A DNA stretch of 64,000 nucleotides. Origin: Ostreococcus lucimarinus. Lineage: Eukaryota. Shown here in pieces: positions 19,107-29,301 of the stretch; the first letter of the stretch is position 1, and each line of letters opens with the position of its first letter. Under the pieces are notes generated by a model. It searched no databases. It saw only the letters and a list, made by a program, of their open reading frames with translations, and was not told the DNA's origin. A program made the translations under genes and the position numbers. The stretch lies in the NCBI GenBank assembly GCA_000092065.1, contig CP000585.1. One strand, 5' to 3'.

Positions 19107-20030
19107 CTACGCGTCCGCGGACGCCTCGGCTGCGGCGTCTCTCTTTTCCTTTTGCTTGGCCGCGACTCGAGCGCGCTGCTTTTTCGTCTTTTTTGGAATT
19201 TTTAAATCGAGCAAACCTCCCGGAGGAGTGATTTCCATGAATCCATTCGTCGCGTCGACGAGAGGGACTATCTCTTTCACGAAAGGAACGTATACGTAAT
19301 ACTCCGCATCGATCCCAGTCTCCTCATCGAGCGCGATGAATGCGACTTTGAGCAAGTCTTGCGTTCCGGCGCCGCGAACGACATCCTCCACCACGCCGAT
19401 CACCTCCCCCGTGTCGCGCTCGACAACTCGTAATCCCTCGAGCTCTTGGGCGTAAAACTCGTCGTCGCCATCACTACCTTCGGCGCCCTCATCTTTTCGC
19501 AAAGGCTCTCGATCGCTCGGTAACACGAACAATCGCGTGCCCACGAGCGCCTCGGCGGCGTTTCTATCGTCGCACCCCGCCAATTTCACAATCACGTCGT
19601 TTCTTCCCTTGCTCGTCACCCATCGCCCGCTTCGCACTTTCACCGCTCTCACTTCTCCCGGCGGCGCGTCGAACTCGCCGCTCTTGGTCGATTTCCCCTG
19701 CGCTTCGAGCTCGACCCGCAGCGTCGATCCCGTGCGCATGAGGCGCTCCTCGATAAAGTCCGTCATCGGTTTCACGCGCACCTCTCCTCGCAAGCTGTGC
19801 GCGCCCACGATGGCGCCCACTTGAATCAGCGACTCCGACGCGCTCGCGTCGTCCATCGACGCCTCGCGCGACGCCGACGCCTCGGCGCGCGTCCGCGGCG
19901 TCGTTCGCGTCGCCGTCGCGCGCCGCTCGAATCTTCGCGCGCGTCCGTCGCCGCGCCGAAGCGCGTCCACGCGCGCCGAAGCTCGCGGCGCGCTTCGGCG
20001 CGTCTCCGCGCGCGCCGTCATCGCTCGCAT
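19107..20030 (-). CDS. rimM: 16S rRNA processing protein RimM, plastid-type with transit peptide
   Basis: LIQVGAIVGAHSLRGEVRVKPMTDF and the later EFYAQELEGLRVVERDTGEVIGVVEDVV...DLLKVAF...VPFVKEIVPLVD match the RimM N-terminal and PRC-barrel regions. The Arg/Ser/Ala-rich N-terminal 100 aa are transit-peptide-like; start taken at MRAMTARAE (20030). Confidence 0.7.
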   Translation of the reverse strand: MRAMTARAETRRSAPRASARVDALRRGDGRARRFERRATATRTTPRTRAEASASREASMDDASASESLIQVGAIVGAHSLRGEVRVKPMTDFIEERLMRTGSTLRVELEAQGKSTKSGEFDAPPGEVRAVKVRSGRWVTSKGRNDVIVKLAGCDDRNAAEALVGTRLFVLPSDREPLRKDEGAEGSDGDDEFYAQELEGLRVVERDTGEVIGVVEDVVRGAGTQDLLKVAFIALDEETGIDAEYYVYVPFVKEIVPLVDATNGFMEITPPGGLLDLKIPKKTKKQRARVAAKQKEKRDAAAEASADA

Positions 20031-20123
20031 CGCGCTTCGACCGCCGCTCGAATCGTCGCGCGCGCCGCGACGAGGTGTGCGGAAGCGCGCCGCCGCCGCC
20101 ACCGCACTCGACGACGCGTCGCG

Positions 20124-23100
20124 ATGGGACGCTCGAACGGCGACGGCGCGTCGGACGCGAGCGCCGCGCTCGTGTTCCTGCCCAAGCGCAAGGGCACGAG
20201 CGGGCGGGACGGCGCGAGCGCGATCGAGGCGCGCGATCGGCGACGCGCCGAGGCGCACGCCGCGCGCAGGGTGACCAAGCTGAGCAATTCGCAAAAGCGC
20301 AAACTGAAGAAACTGGCTGAGGAGGAGCGGAAACGAAGCGAAAGGGCGAGCGTGATGGCCATGCTGGAGGCAAACGTGGCGGATGAACGCGCGCTGGGGC
20401 TGATGCGGGCGACGACGTCGTTGGGGGCGAGAGAGACGGCGAAGGAGAAGATGCGGCGCGCGCTCAAGGCGGAACGCGCGGGGGTGACGCTGGACGACTT
20501 GGACGACGCGCGGTTGACGAAGCGACCGAAGGCTGTGGGAAGAGAAGATGAAGAACAGAGCGAGGACGAGAGCGAGAGCGAACGGGAAGCGGCGGTTGAG
20601 GTCGGAGGGGTGCGAGATGTCTCGACGGGGAAGATGGAAGACGACGTCGATTCGGAGGACGACGAACGCGCGGAGGACGACGCGTTGACTCGAGCCGCCA
20701 TTCGCGCGGCGGAGGCGGCGGGCATGGCGTCACTCGATGACGCCACGCGCGAACTAGTGAGATCATTGCGCGCGCGAGCTGGGGTCGGGGATGACTCAGA
20801 TAAGCCGAAATCGAACGAGTACAAAGGCTTGCATCACGAAGTGTTTCGAGGATGTTCCTTTGTCGTTCCCGTTCAACGGACCGGGAAGATTAACGATTCG
20901 CGCGAGGGGCTTCCGATCGTTCAAGAGGAACATGAAATCGTAGACGCGATTAATACCAATCCCGTGACCGTCATCTGTGGCGCCACGGGTTGCGGTAAGA
21001 CGACGCAAGTGCCGCAGTTCTTGTACGAGGCTGGTTACGGCGATCCGGATTGCGACAGTCACCCTGGGGCGGTGGCGGTGACACAGCCTCGACGTGTGGC
21101 GGTGACCTCCACGGCGCGTCGTGTGGCAGAAGAGCTGAACGTTCCTCTCGGTGGTGATGTCGGATATCAAGTGCGTTACGACAAGAACGTCGGCGACAAC
21201 CCGCGTATCAAATTTATGACGGATGGCATCTTGCTTCGAGAAGTACAGGCAGACTTCCTTTTACGCAAATATTCGGTGGTGATCATCGATGAAGCGCACG
21301 AACGGAGCGTAAATACGGATATTCTGTTGGGTCTTCTCTCACGAATCGTTCCTCTTCGAGCCGCACTCGCGGCTGAAGGGAAAGCTGTGACGCCGCTTCG
21401 ATTGGTCGTGATGTCCGCGACGTTGCGAGTCGAAGAGTTCGTGGAGAACAGGAAGCTATGTCCGACACCTCCAGCGTTGCTTCAAGTCGCCACGCGTCAG
21501 TTTCCAGTCACTGTGCACTTTTCACGGAAAACGGAACACGCTGATTACGTCGGTGCGGCGACGAAGAAGGTACTCGCGATCCATCGCAAGCTTCCACCTG
21601 GCGGCATTCTCGTCTTTCTGACTGGTCAGCGAGAGGTGGAGATGGTCTGTCGCAAGCTTCGAGACGCGTACCCGCTTCACGGGAAGCGCGTCAACGCGGC
21701 GGAAAGTTCGGATGATGAAGATGAAGATAGCGGCGACGCGATGGATGACACATACGACGTCGACGCGATCGACGCGGGGGGGGAAGATTTGGGCGGCGAC
21801 GACGACGAACCCGATTTCGACGGCGAGGACGATATGTCGGACGCCGCGAGCGACATCAGCGAAGAGGACGAAGTCCTAGTCATGGGTGGTGAGGGCGTTG
21901 GAGAAGAAGAAGCCGCAGAAGCCGAAGCAGCTTGGACTCGAGCGAATGCTCCATCTACGGGTTTGGGCGCCGATAAGACGGCGGACGGACCGGGAGGTTT
22001 AAATGTGCTTCCGCTCTACGCGCTACTGCCCCCGAATTTGCAGCAGCGCGTGTTTCAAGCTTCACCCGACGGCTCTAGAATGGTCATCGTCGCTACAAAC
22101 GTCGCGGAAACATCTTTGACGATTCCAGGGATACGGTACGTCGTCGACGCCGGGAGAGCAAAGGAGCGGGTGTACGAGCGAGACGCAAGTTTGTCGCGGT
22201 TTCAAGTCGGATGGGTGAGCAAGGCTAGCGCCGATCAACGCGCCGGGCGGGCCGGGCGTACGAGTCCAGGGCACTGTTATCGTCTGTTTAGTAGCGCACA
22301 CTTCGTGGATGAGATGAAAGCGCACGCAGATCCACAAATCCTGGGTGTACCCGTCGAAGGCGTCGTGTTGCAAATGCGTGCCATGGGCATCGACAAAGTG
22401 GTCAACTTTCCTTTTATTTCGCCTCCCGAAAGATCGGCTCTCGCGGCAGCGGAGAAGACTTTACAGATTCTCGGAGCGGTAGAGAAGAGTAGGCATGGCG
22501 AAGAGATCGGGCCTTTGACCGATTTAGGGCGCGCTATGGCGGTTTTGCCAATCAGTCCACGGCACTCGAGAATGTTGTTCGCCGCCGCTCAAAGCGGCGT
22601 GGGAGGTTGCCTCTCACCGGCGATTGCCATCGCTGCCGCGTTGAGCCTCGACAGCCCATTCCTGCGAAATAGCAGCGAAACTGTGGAAGACGACGAAGAA
22701 GAAGGAGAGGCGAAGGCGACACCCAAAGGTCCGCCACCGCACGTTCGATTTCACCACCCGGCGAGCGACGCTCTCTCGGCGGCGCAGGCGCTCTTGGCGT
22801 ACGACGCCTGCAAGAGCTCGGACGCGGTGACGTTTTGCTCTACGAATAGGTTGCACGAAAAGACCATGCGAGAAATGTCCGATTTGCGGCGACAATTGAA
22901 ACGGCTCGTCGTCAATCTCGCGACGACATCCAAGTTTGGCGACGACGTCTTTCCCAACGCCGCAGTGCTGAACGAACTCGACGATTCAAACCAGGCTGCT
23001 TCGTCGATGATTTCGCTTCCTCCCGGGGGCGATGTCGAGCGCACGTTGAGACAGGCGCTGTGTGCGGGTTGGGCGGATAGAATTGCCCGTCGATCAAAAC

Positions 23101-23834
23101 ACAAAGAGATGGAGCAAGCGTCTCGAGCGAACGAGAAATCGACCAAGGCGACGCGATACGTTCCGGCGCTCCTCGACGCCGCGGTGTTTCTTCATCCAAC
23201 GTCTTCGTTGCATCGAAGCTCTCCGGATTACGTCGTCTACACCGACTTACTACAAACGGACAAGCGCGCCTACATCGTCGGCGCCACCGGGATTGAGCCC
23301 GAGTGGTTGATTCAGCACTGCGACGCACTCGTGGATCAAGGCGCTATGCTCGCCGACCCGGCGCCGAGATACGTCTCGCGGGAGGACCGCGTCGTCGGTT
23401 GGACGGCGCCGAGATTCGGACCGCACCGCTGGGATTTGCCGCTGAATCCAATTGCTGTTAATGATGTGGATACCAAATGCGCCGTCTTCGCCACCGCGCT
23501 TTTGTCGGGGGCGGTGTCGCCACCTATGGCGGATTTGCGAGAGAAGCTCGCCGCCAAGCCGCTCTTGGCGTCTCGACCTGAGGGACGAGCTCAAAAGCGC
23601 GTCGTCGATTTACTCGGCGCACTGAAACGTGTCGGTGGTGGCATTTGTACTCGGGCACAATTACGACAAATCTGGATGACTCGTGGGAACGACCGGTACT
23701 TGTACCCAGAGCTCAAGGCGTGGATGCGGGCGGGCAAAGGTTACGCGCTCGAACAGGCGTGGTTAAAAATAGTTCAGGGCGTCGTGAATTACGACGAAGG
23801 CAAGGAGCGAAAGAAGAAGAAGGGAAAGAAGTGA
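20124..23834 (+). CDS. DHX37: DEAH-box RNA helicase DHX37/Dhr1-like (SSU processome)
   Basis: Helicase motifs GATGCGKTTQVPQFL (motif I), DEAHERS (DEAH), SATL, TNVAETSLTIPG and QRAGRAGR. Helicase-associated and OB-fold regions lie C-terminal. The N-terminal basic region KLSNSQKRKLKKLAEEERKRSE is typical of DHX37. Confidence 0.8.
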   Translation: MGRSNGDGASDASAALVFLPKRKGTSGRDGASAIEARDRRRAEAHAARRVTKLSNSQKRKLKKLAEEERKRSERASVMAMLEANVADERALGLMRATTSLGARETAKEKMRRALKAERAGVTLDDLDDARLTKRPKAVGREDEEQSEDESESEREAAVEVGGVRDVSTGKMEDDVDSEDDERAEDDALTRAAIRAAEAAGMASLDDATRELVRSLRARAGVGDDSDKPKSNEYKGLHHEVFRGCSFVVPVQRTGKINDSREGLPIVQEEHEIVDAINTNPVTVICGATGCGKTTQVPQFLYEAGYGDPDCDSHPGAVAVTQPRRVAVTSTARRVAEELNVPLGGDVGYQVRYDKNVGDNPRIKFMTDGILLREVQADFLLRKYSVVIIDEAHERSVNTDILLGLLSRIVPLRAALAAEGKAVTPLRLVVMSATLRVEEFVENRKLCPTPPALLQVATRQFPVTVHFSRKTEHADYVGAATKKVLAIHRKLPPGGILVFLTGQREVEMVCRKLRDAYPLHGKRVNAAESSDDEDEDSGDAMDDTYDVDAIDAGGEDLGGDDDEPDFDGEDDMSDAASDISEEDEVLVMGGEGVGEEEAAEAEAAWTRANAPSTGLGADKTADGPGGLNVLPLYALLPPNLQQRVFQASPDGSRMVIVATNVAETSLTIPGIRYVVDAGRAKERVYERDASLSRFQVGWVSKASADQRAGRAGRTSPGHCYRLFSSAHFVDEMKAHADPQILGVPVEGVVLQMRAMGIDKVVNFPFISPPERSALAAAEKTLQILGAVEKSRHGEEIGPLTDLGRAMAVLPISPRHSRMLFAAAQSGVGGCLSPAIAIAAALSLDSPFLRNSSETVEDDEEEGEAKATPKGPPPHVRFHHPASDALSAAQALLAYDACKSSDAVTFCSTNRLHEKTMREMSDLRRQLKRLVVNLATTSKFGDDVFPNAAVLNELDDSNQAASSMISLPPGGDVERTLRQALCAGWADRIARRSKHKEMEQASRANEKSTKATRYVPALLDAAVFLHPTSSLHRSSPDYVVYTDLLQTDKRAYIVGATGIEPEWLIQHCDALVDQGAMLADPAPRYVSREDRVVGWTAPRFGPHRWDLPLNPIAVNDVDTKCAVFATALLSGAVSPPMADLREKLAAKPLLASRPEGRAQKRVVDLLGALKRVGGGICTRAQLRQIWMTRGNDRYLYPELKAWMRAGKGYALEQAWLKIVQGVVNYDEGKERKKKKGKK

Positions 23835-24051
23835 ATAGATACATATAGAGCAGTAGAGCAGTAGGATGGTAGATCGTTTGTTGTACAACATGAAAGTGAA
23901 TGAAGATTCAAAAACTTGTTCGCGCGCGCGTTTAGGGTTAGAGAATTTTCGTTTGAATCTTTCGCTGAGAGGTGGTGTTGAAATGAACACCATTTTGGTT
24001 TTTTGTTTGTTTGAGAGTGATACACCTTAGAAAGGATACGTCACCGGGCGC

Positions 24052-24570
<519 letters not shown>

Positions 24571-24591
24571 TCACGACTCGTCAAATGCGCG

Positions 24592-24608
24592 ATTTCCGCG
24601 TTTCGCGC
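24592..24608. promoter_or_regulatory. Two adjacent E2F-like motifs (ATTTCCGCG and TTTCGCGC) about 130-145 bp upstream of the histone H3 start
   Basis: The sequence gcgcgatttccgcgtttcgcgcattt is read directly. TTTCGCGC matches the E2F consensus TTTSGCGC. Its location in the H3 5' flank fits S-phase regulation. GC-rich background raises the chance of a coincidental match. Confidence 0.3.
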
Positions 24609-24727
24609 ATTTAATAAAAAACAATTTTGTAAATTGAGAAATTTAACGATTCGTGAATCAAGAATATATGACTATGAGTTCGAATTACACAACGCATCAA
24701 TGTTAAAAGCGCGAAAGGGGAAAATCG

Positions 24728-26692
24728 CTAAAACGGCGCGCTCGGCAGCTTCCCAAACTGCATGTTCCACGCCAAGACGTCGGCGTGCGCGGCGTCTCGC
24801 AGGCGTTCCAAGCGAAACGCCCATCGCGAACGGACGGGAATTTCGAAAAATTCATCGTCATCGACGGAATCGGAGCGATCGGATTCCCGCGCCGTTTCTC
24901 CCGCGCCGTTTCTCGCGCGTCTCGCGCGAGCGCGCGAGAAAGCGCGCTCCTGCTCGCGGCGCTCGCGCTTCGTCGAGACGTAGTGCCAGCCGTCGGTGCT
25001 CCACCAGTACACGATGTTTTCGAGCGTCGCAAATAATTCTGCAAAACTTCCTGTGTTCGGCGCCATACGCGCCAGACTTCTACACTGATTTAAGATGAGC
25101 TTGAAGGCTTGGAACTTCCCGCGCTCGCCCCATCCGCCGTCAAGACTCGGAGCGTTGGGGCGCGAAGACGACGCGTTTCCTTTCATCGCCGCGTCGTTCA
25201 TGATTTGACTGATCAAAGCCTCACGCACGACAAGAAGTTGCCAATGATCCTGTCTGATTTGACAGCGCTGCATGGCGTGATAAAGCTGCAAAGGGGTATA
25301 CAATCCAACGTTCTTGACGCTGTATGCCTTGATGCGTTTTGAGCGCCAGCGCTCGTGCCATCGCAGGACGTCTTCGTCCTCGCTTCCGCTCGATTCGCGG
25401 TCGTATTCGTCTAAATCCACCGACTGGCACGAAGACGAATCAGATGAATCGCATAAGCCACTACTACTACCGCTCGCATCGGCTGCGAGTCCCAAGCCGC
25501 CAACGTGCAACTTGGCGCCGAATTCCGCGGCGACGCCGTCTGCGGCAGATTCAGACGTGTTTGCCCCGCTCGCGCTCGGTGAAACATTCGATCGAGACGC
25601 AGTCGCCGATTTCAGCGAGAGTAAGTTGCCTTCGCCGTCAAAGTGCGACTCGAATCCCGTGACGTAGTCGTGTGTGCAAAAGAACCATCGCGGATCTTGT
25701 ATGTCCCACGGTCGCGCCAAAGGCTTATCTACAGCTAATCCCGAGGCGACTTCCGCCTTGCACTGCGCGCACGCGCAATCAAAATACCAATCCCTGCGTA
25801 AAGCTTTCTTTCGACAGCGCGCTGGAAGCCAACGGAGGGAAGGCTTTCCGTACGCAATTGTTATCCCCTCTCCGCGCTCAATCGGGCGAAGCGAATACAA
25901 CGACACCTCACCCTCGTCGGACACGTGACTCACCTCCGCGTTCGGGTCACACGAGTGGTTGCACGCGCTAATTGCGTCAAACATCACCATTGAGCACTGC
26001 ACGTAGGCATCGGCGCCTATCATCGAGCCCGCGCTCGTCGTCGCCGGTCGACACGTTCTCGTCACGGCGTTATATTTGACAAACGCCGCAAACTTTAACC
26101 ACTCCTCTTCGTCCTCCACGCCTAATTTCGCCCCGAGCGCTAAAACCTCCTCTCTTTCTTCAGCGTTCGAGAGCAGTTTCTTCGCCATCTCCCTCGACGG
26201 CGCGCACGCTCGACTCGCGTCTTGCTCTCCGCGTTCTCGCAAGCGTTCCATGAGTCTCGCCAGGCACGCCCCTTGACTCCGAAACGTCCCCTGAATCGAC
26301 GTCACTCGCTCTCTGATCAGCACCTCACACGCCCGCACGCGTTCTTTCGCCACCAATCCCAGCCTCCCGCTCGTCGTCGTCGTCCCTCCCTCGCCGCCGC
26401 CGCCTCCAGCCGTCGCCGCCCTCGTCGCCTCGGTCGCCCCCGTCGCCCGCGTCCCGACGCGTCCATCGCACCCTCCCCTGCGCGCGACGCCGAACTTTGC
26501 CACCCACTCGCTCGCGTCGAGCGCTCTCGCGCCTCGTCCGCGCCGCGCCGACGCCGGTCGTCGTCGCTCGACGTCCGACGCCCCCGACCGCAGCGGGTCG
26601 TCGTCCACCGTCAGCGCCGCCTCGAGCGCGCGCGCGCCCGCCTCGAGGCGCCGCGCGTCGTCGTCGTCCCGCGCGTCGTCGCGCGCCGTCAT
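24728..26692 (-). CDS. SET-domain protein (split SET with post-SET cysteine cluster; SMYD-like without an obvious MYND finger)
   Basis: NHSCDPNAEV...GEGITIAYG and the post-SET YFDCACAQC are present. An upstream SET-N portion is present too (GLVAKERVRACEVLIRE). The remainder is long and low-complexity. Confidence 0.6.
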   Translation of the reverse strand: MTARDDARDDDDARRLEAGARALEAALTVDDDPLRSGASDVERRRPASARRGRGARALDASEWVAKFGVARRGGCDGRVGTRATGATEATRAATAGGGGGEGGTTTTSGRLGLVAKERVRACEVLIRERVTSIQGTFRSQGACLARLMERLRERGEQDASRACAPSREMAKKLLSNAEEREEVLALGAKLGVEDEEEWLKFAAFVKYNAVTRTCRPATTSAGSMIGADAYVQCSMVMFDAISACNHSCDPNAEVSHVSDEGEVSLYSLRPIERGEGITIAYGKPSLRWLPARCRKKALRRDWYFDCACAQCKAEVASGLAVDKPLARPWDIQDPRWFFCTHDYVTGFESHFDGEGNLLSLKSATASRSNVSPSASGANTSESAADGVAAEFGAKLHVGGLGLAADASGSSSGLCDSSDSSSCQSVDLDEYDRESSGSEDEDVLRWHERWRSKRIKAYSVKNVGLYTPLQLYHAMQRCQIRQDHWQLLVVREALISQIMNDAAMKGNASSSRPNAPSLDGGWGERGKFQAFKLILNQCRSLARMAPNTGSFAELFATLENIVYWWSTDGWHYVSTKRERREQERAFSRARARRARNGAGETARESDRSDSVDDDEFFEIPVRSRWAFRLERLRDAAHADVLAWNMQFGKLPSAPF

Positions 26693-26786
26693 CGCGCGCG
26701 CGTCGTCGCGCGCCCGCGCCGCGCGTCGCGCCGCGCCGCGTTGTGAAGACGAATCGACACCGCGACGACGTCACATCTCGACGACG

Positions 26787-28742
26787 ATGCGCGACGACGA
26801 CGCCGCCGCGGGCGCGCCGCGCGCGCTGCGCGAGGCCAACGCGCGCGACGCGCCCGTCGCCGTGAGGTACGCGCGGAAACGGCGCGACGCGCGGCGCGGG
26901 ATGGCGGCGAAGAGCGACGGGGGGACGAAGCGCGACGCGACGACGGCGCGAGACGACGGACGCGCGGGGCGCGCGCGCGACGACGCGCGGGACGCGACGG
27001 ACGCGACGACGACGAACGACGCGCGAGCGACGACGACGACGGCGCGCGACGACGCGCGAGGCGAGGCGAACGCGCGAGGGTTGGAGATCGTGCGCGAGGC
27101 GCTGGAGGCGGCGGACGCGGCGACGGATGCGAAACCGACGACGACGACGACGACGGCGGCGACGGTCGGGAAGCGCACGTTCGTGTTCAAGTCGAGGAAT
27201 AAATTATTCAGGAACGCCAAGGCCGAGAGGGAGCATCGGGCGAGATTGGCGAAGTTGGCGGAATCGAGAGCGTTCTTCGACGACGTGGATGACGAATCGC
27301 TCGCGGAGGAGAGCGAGGAGGCGACGCCGAAACGAGGGGCGGCGATGGGAGATCGTTTAGTGATGAGCCCGAATGGATTGATAGAGGCGTTGCAAGGATT
27401 GGGATTGGTGGATAACGCCCCCGAGCTCAGGGCGAAGATGGAGACGAAGAGAAGGGAGCCTACGGCGTCGGCGCCGCGCGCCGAGACGCTGCCGAGCGGT
27501 CGCGAGAACGCGTTCGATCGAGTGTCCAACTGGGTGTCGTCGCTTCCCGTGTTTACGCCACTCAAGGAAGACGTCGCCGTCGAGTCGCGCGGGGAGAACC
27601 GAAAGGACGAAGAGGACGAGGAAGAGTCCATCGCCGAAACCGAGGACGAGCTGGAAAGCTTGAACGAGGACGTCGAACGACTCGTCATCGACGACGAATG
27701 CTCGCCACTCGCCGCACTTTTGCGCGCGTGCGATCAGAACGAACAAAACGTCGGCTCGATGTCGTCTCTCATCAAGTCTTACGTCAAGCACGGTGTGAAA
27801 AAGATTGGCGAAGGGACGTACGGCGAGGCTTACCGAGGAGAAGACGGCGTCGTGATGAAAATCGTGCCGATGGGCGGCGATGCCTTGGTCAACGGCGAGG
27901 TTCAGATGGGTCCAGGCGAGATTCGTTCGGAAACTTCCATCTTAAAGGCACTCACGGCGTTGCGTGACCACGAAGCGGATGAAAACGCGAAGAATTTCAC
28001 CGACGGTTTCATTCGTCTTCTCGACGCGTCGGTGTGCCGAGGTCCGTATTCAAAAAAGCTACTCGAGGCGTGGGACAAGTACGCATCCACGGGTGCGAGC
28101 GAGAACGAAAAGCCCGATGATTTGCCGAGTAATCAATTGTACATTTCGTTCGCGTGCGACGATGGTGGGACAGACTTGGAACATTTCGAGCTTCGATCGA
28201 TGACGGAAACAGTCGCCATGCTCTTCCAAATCGTCGTCGCCTTGTCCGTGGCCGAAGAGGCGAGTCAGTTCGAGCACAGAGATTTGCATTGGGGTAACGT
28301 TCTCATCAAACGTACTCGCACGAAGCAAAAACGCGCCAAACTGAACGGGGTGGAGCTGAACATCCAAACCTCTGGCTTGGACGTCACGATCATCGACTTC
28401 ACCCTGTCTCGCCTCACCACCGAAGACGGCGACGCGTTTTGCGACTTGAACGCCGACCCCGAGCTTTTCGCGGGACCGAAAGGTCACTGTCAATCGGAAA
28501 CGTACCGTCGAATGAAACGAGTCACCAAGGGCAAGTGGAACAAGTACTGCCCGAAGACCAACGCGCTGTGGCTGCACTACTTGGCGGATACGGTTTTGGA
28601 GCAAAAAGATTTCAACGTCACCGCGGAGGACAAACAGCGACTCGTCGCGTTCCGAAAGCGAGCGCTCGACTACAAATCTGCGGGCGAAATCGTGTTCGAC
28701 GAACTCTTCTCCGGCATCTGGACTTCTGGAAAGAAGAACTAA
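26787..28742 (+). CDS. HASPIN: Haspin (histone H3 Thr3 kinase)-like atypical protein kinase
   Basis: The C-terminal kinase domain has a Gly-loop KKIGEGTYGEAY and the haspin-specific catalytic segment FEHRDLHWGNVLI (human FEHRDLHWGNVLL). It also has DFTLSRL in place of DFG, plus an inserted helix. The N-terminal half is basic/acidic low-complexity. Confidence 0.7.
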   Translation: MRDDDAAAGAPRALREANARDAPVAVRYARKRRDARRGMAAKSDGGTKRDATTARDDGRAGRARDDARDATDATTTNDARATTTTARDDARGEANARGLEIVREALEAADAATDAKPTTTTTTAATVGKRTFVFKSRNKLFRNAKAEREHRARLAKLAESRAFFDDVDDESLAEESEEATPKRGAAMGDRLVMSPNGLIEALQGLGLVDNAPELRAKMETKRREPTASAPRAETLPSGRENAFDRVSNWVSSLPVFTPLKEDVAVESRGENRKDEEDEEESIAETEDELESLNEDVERLVIDDECSPLAALLRACDQNEQNVGSMSSLIKSYVKHGVKKIGEGTYGEAYRGEDGVVMKIVPMGGDALVNGEVQMGPGEIRSETSILKALTALRDHEADENAKNFTDGFIRLLDASVCRGPYSKKLLEAWDKYASTGASENEKPDDLPSNQLYISFACDDGGTDLEHFELRSMTETVAMLFQIVVALSVAEEASQFEHRDLHWGNVLIKRTRTKQKRAKLNGVELNIQTSGLDVTIIDFTLSRLTTEDGDAFCDLNADPELFAGPKGHCQSETYRRMKRVTKGKWNKYCPKTNALWLHYLADTVLEQKDFNVTAEDKQRLVAFRKRALDYKSAGEIVFDELFSGIWTSGKKN

Positions 28743-28827
28743 AATTCGTTCGTTCGCGTCGTTCAAGCGCTTCGGCGCCGCCGACACGACTCGAACGCGC
28801 GCCGTCTAATCACTACAACACAATCAC

Positions 28828-29262
28828 CTAACGCTCGCGTCGATCGACGCCTTTCCCCCACTGCCCCCCCCACTCGCGTTCGCCCTCGTCCTCTCCCCGG
28901 ATCCTTCGCGCCGTCACCCACGCGCTCGCGCCCGCCGCGTTCTCCGCTCGGCACCGCGCCTCCAGCGTCCCCCTCGCCCCCTCCGGCACCGTCATCTCGA
29001 ACCGTCGCCCCGTCCCGACGTGCACGTCCATCCATCCATCGCACGCCGTCCCTCGCAGCGCCTCCTCGCACGCCCCGTCGCGAAACCGCGCGCTCACGAC
29101 GTGCTCCTCCTCCTCGAGGTTGTGCCGTCCCGCGCTCGGGCCCGGCGTCCACGTCACGACGACGACGCCCGACGCGTCGTCGACGTCCATCGCGACGTCC
29201 GCGGGCGCGTTCGGGACGCGCGCGAACAATCGCGACGCGACGAACGCGAGCGCGGCGCGCAT
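28828..29262 (-). CDS. Hypothetical small protein with signal-peptide-like N-terminus (uncertain)
   Basis: 144-aa ORF with MRAALAFVASRLFARVPNAP hydrophobic start. It lies in the 90-bp-bounded gap between the Haspin and Misato genes. No recognisable domain. Could be a GC-frame artefact. Confidence 0.2.
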   Translation of the reverse strand: MRAALAFVASRLFARVPNAPADVAMDVDDASGVVVVTWTPGPSAGRHNLEEEEHVVSARFRDGACEEALRGTACDGWMDVHVGTGRRFEMTVPEGARGTLEARCRAENAAGASAWVTARRIRGEDEGEREWGGQWGKGVDRRER

Positions 29263-29301
29263 CTATCGGCCGCGCGCGGTCAACGCCGACGCGAAAAAGC
29301 G

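Noticed and set aside
23835-24051. Search for a histone mRNA 3' stem-loop downstream of the H3 stop.
   Set aside because: No convincing 6-bp stem/4-nt loop palindrome was found in the ~200 bp between the H3 and DHX37 stops. The mRNA is probably polyadenylated, or the element is too divergent to recognise by eye.
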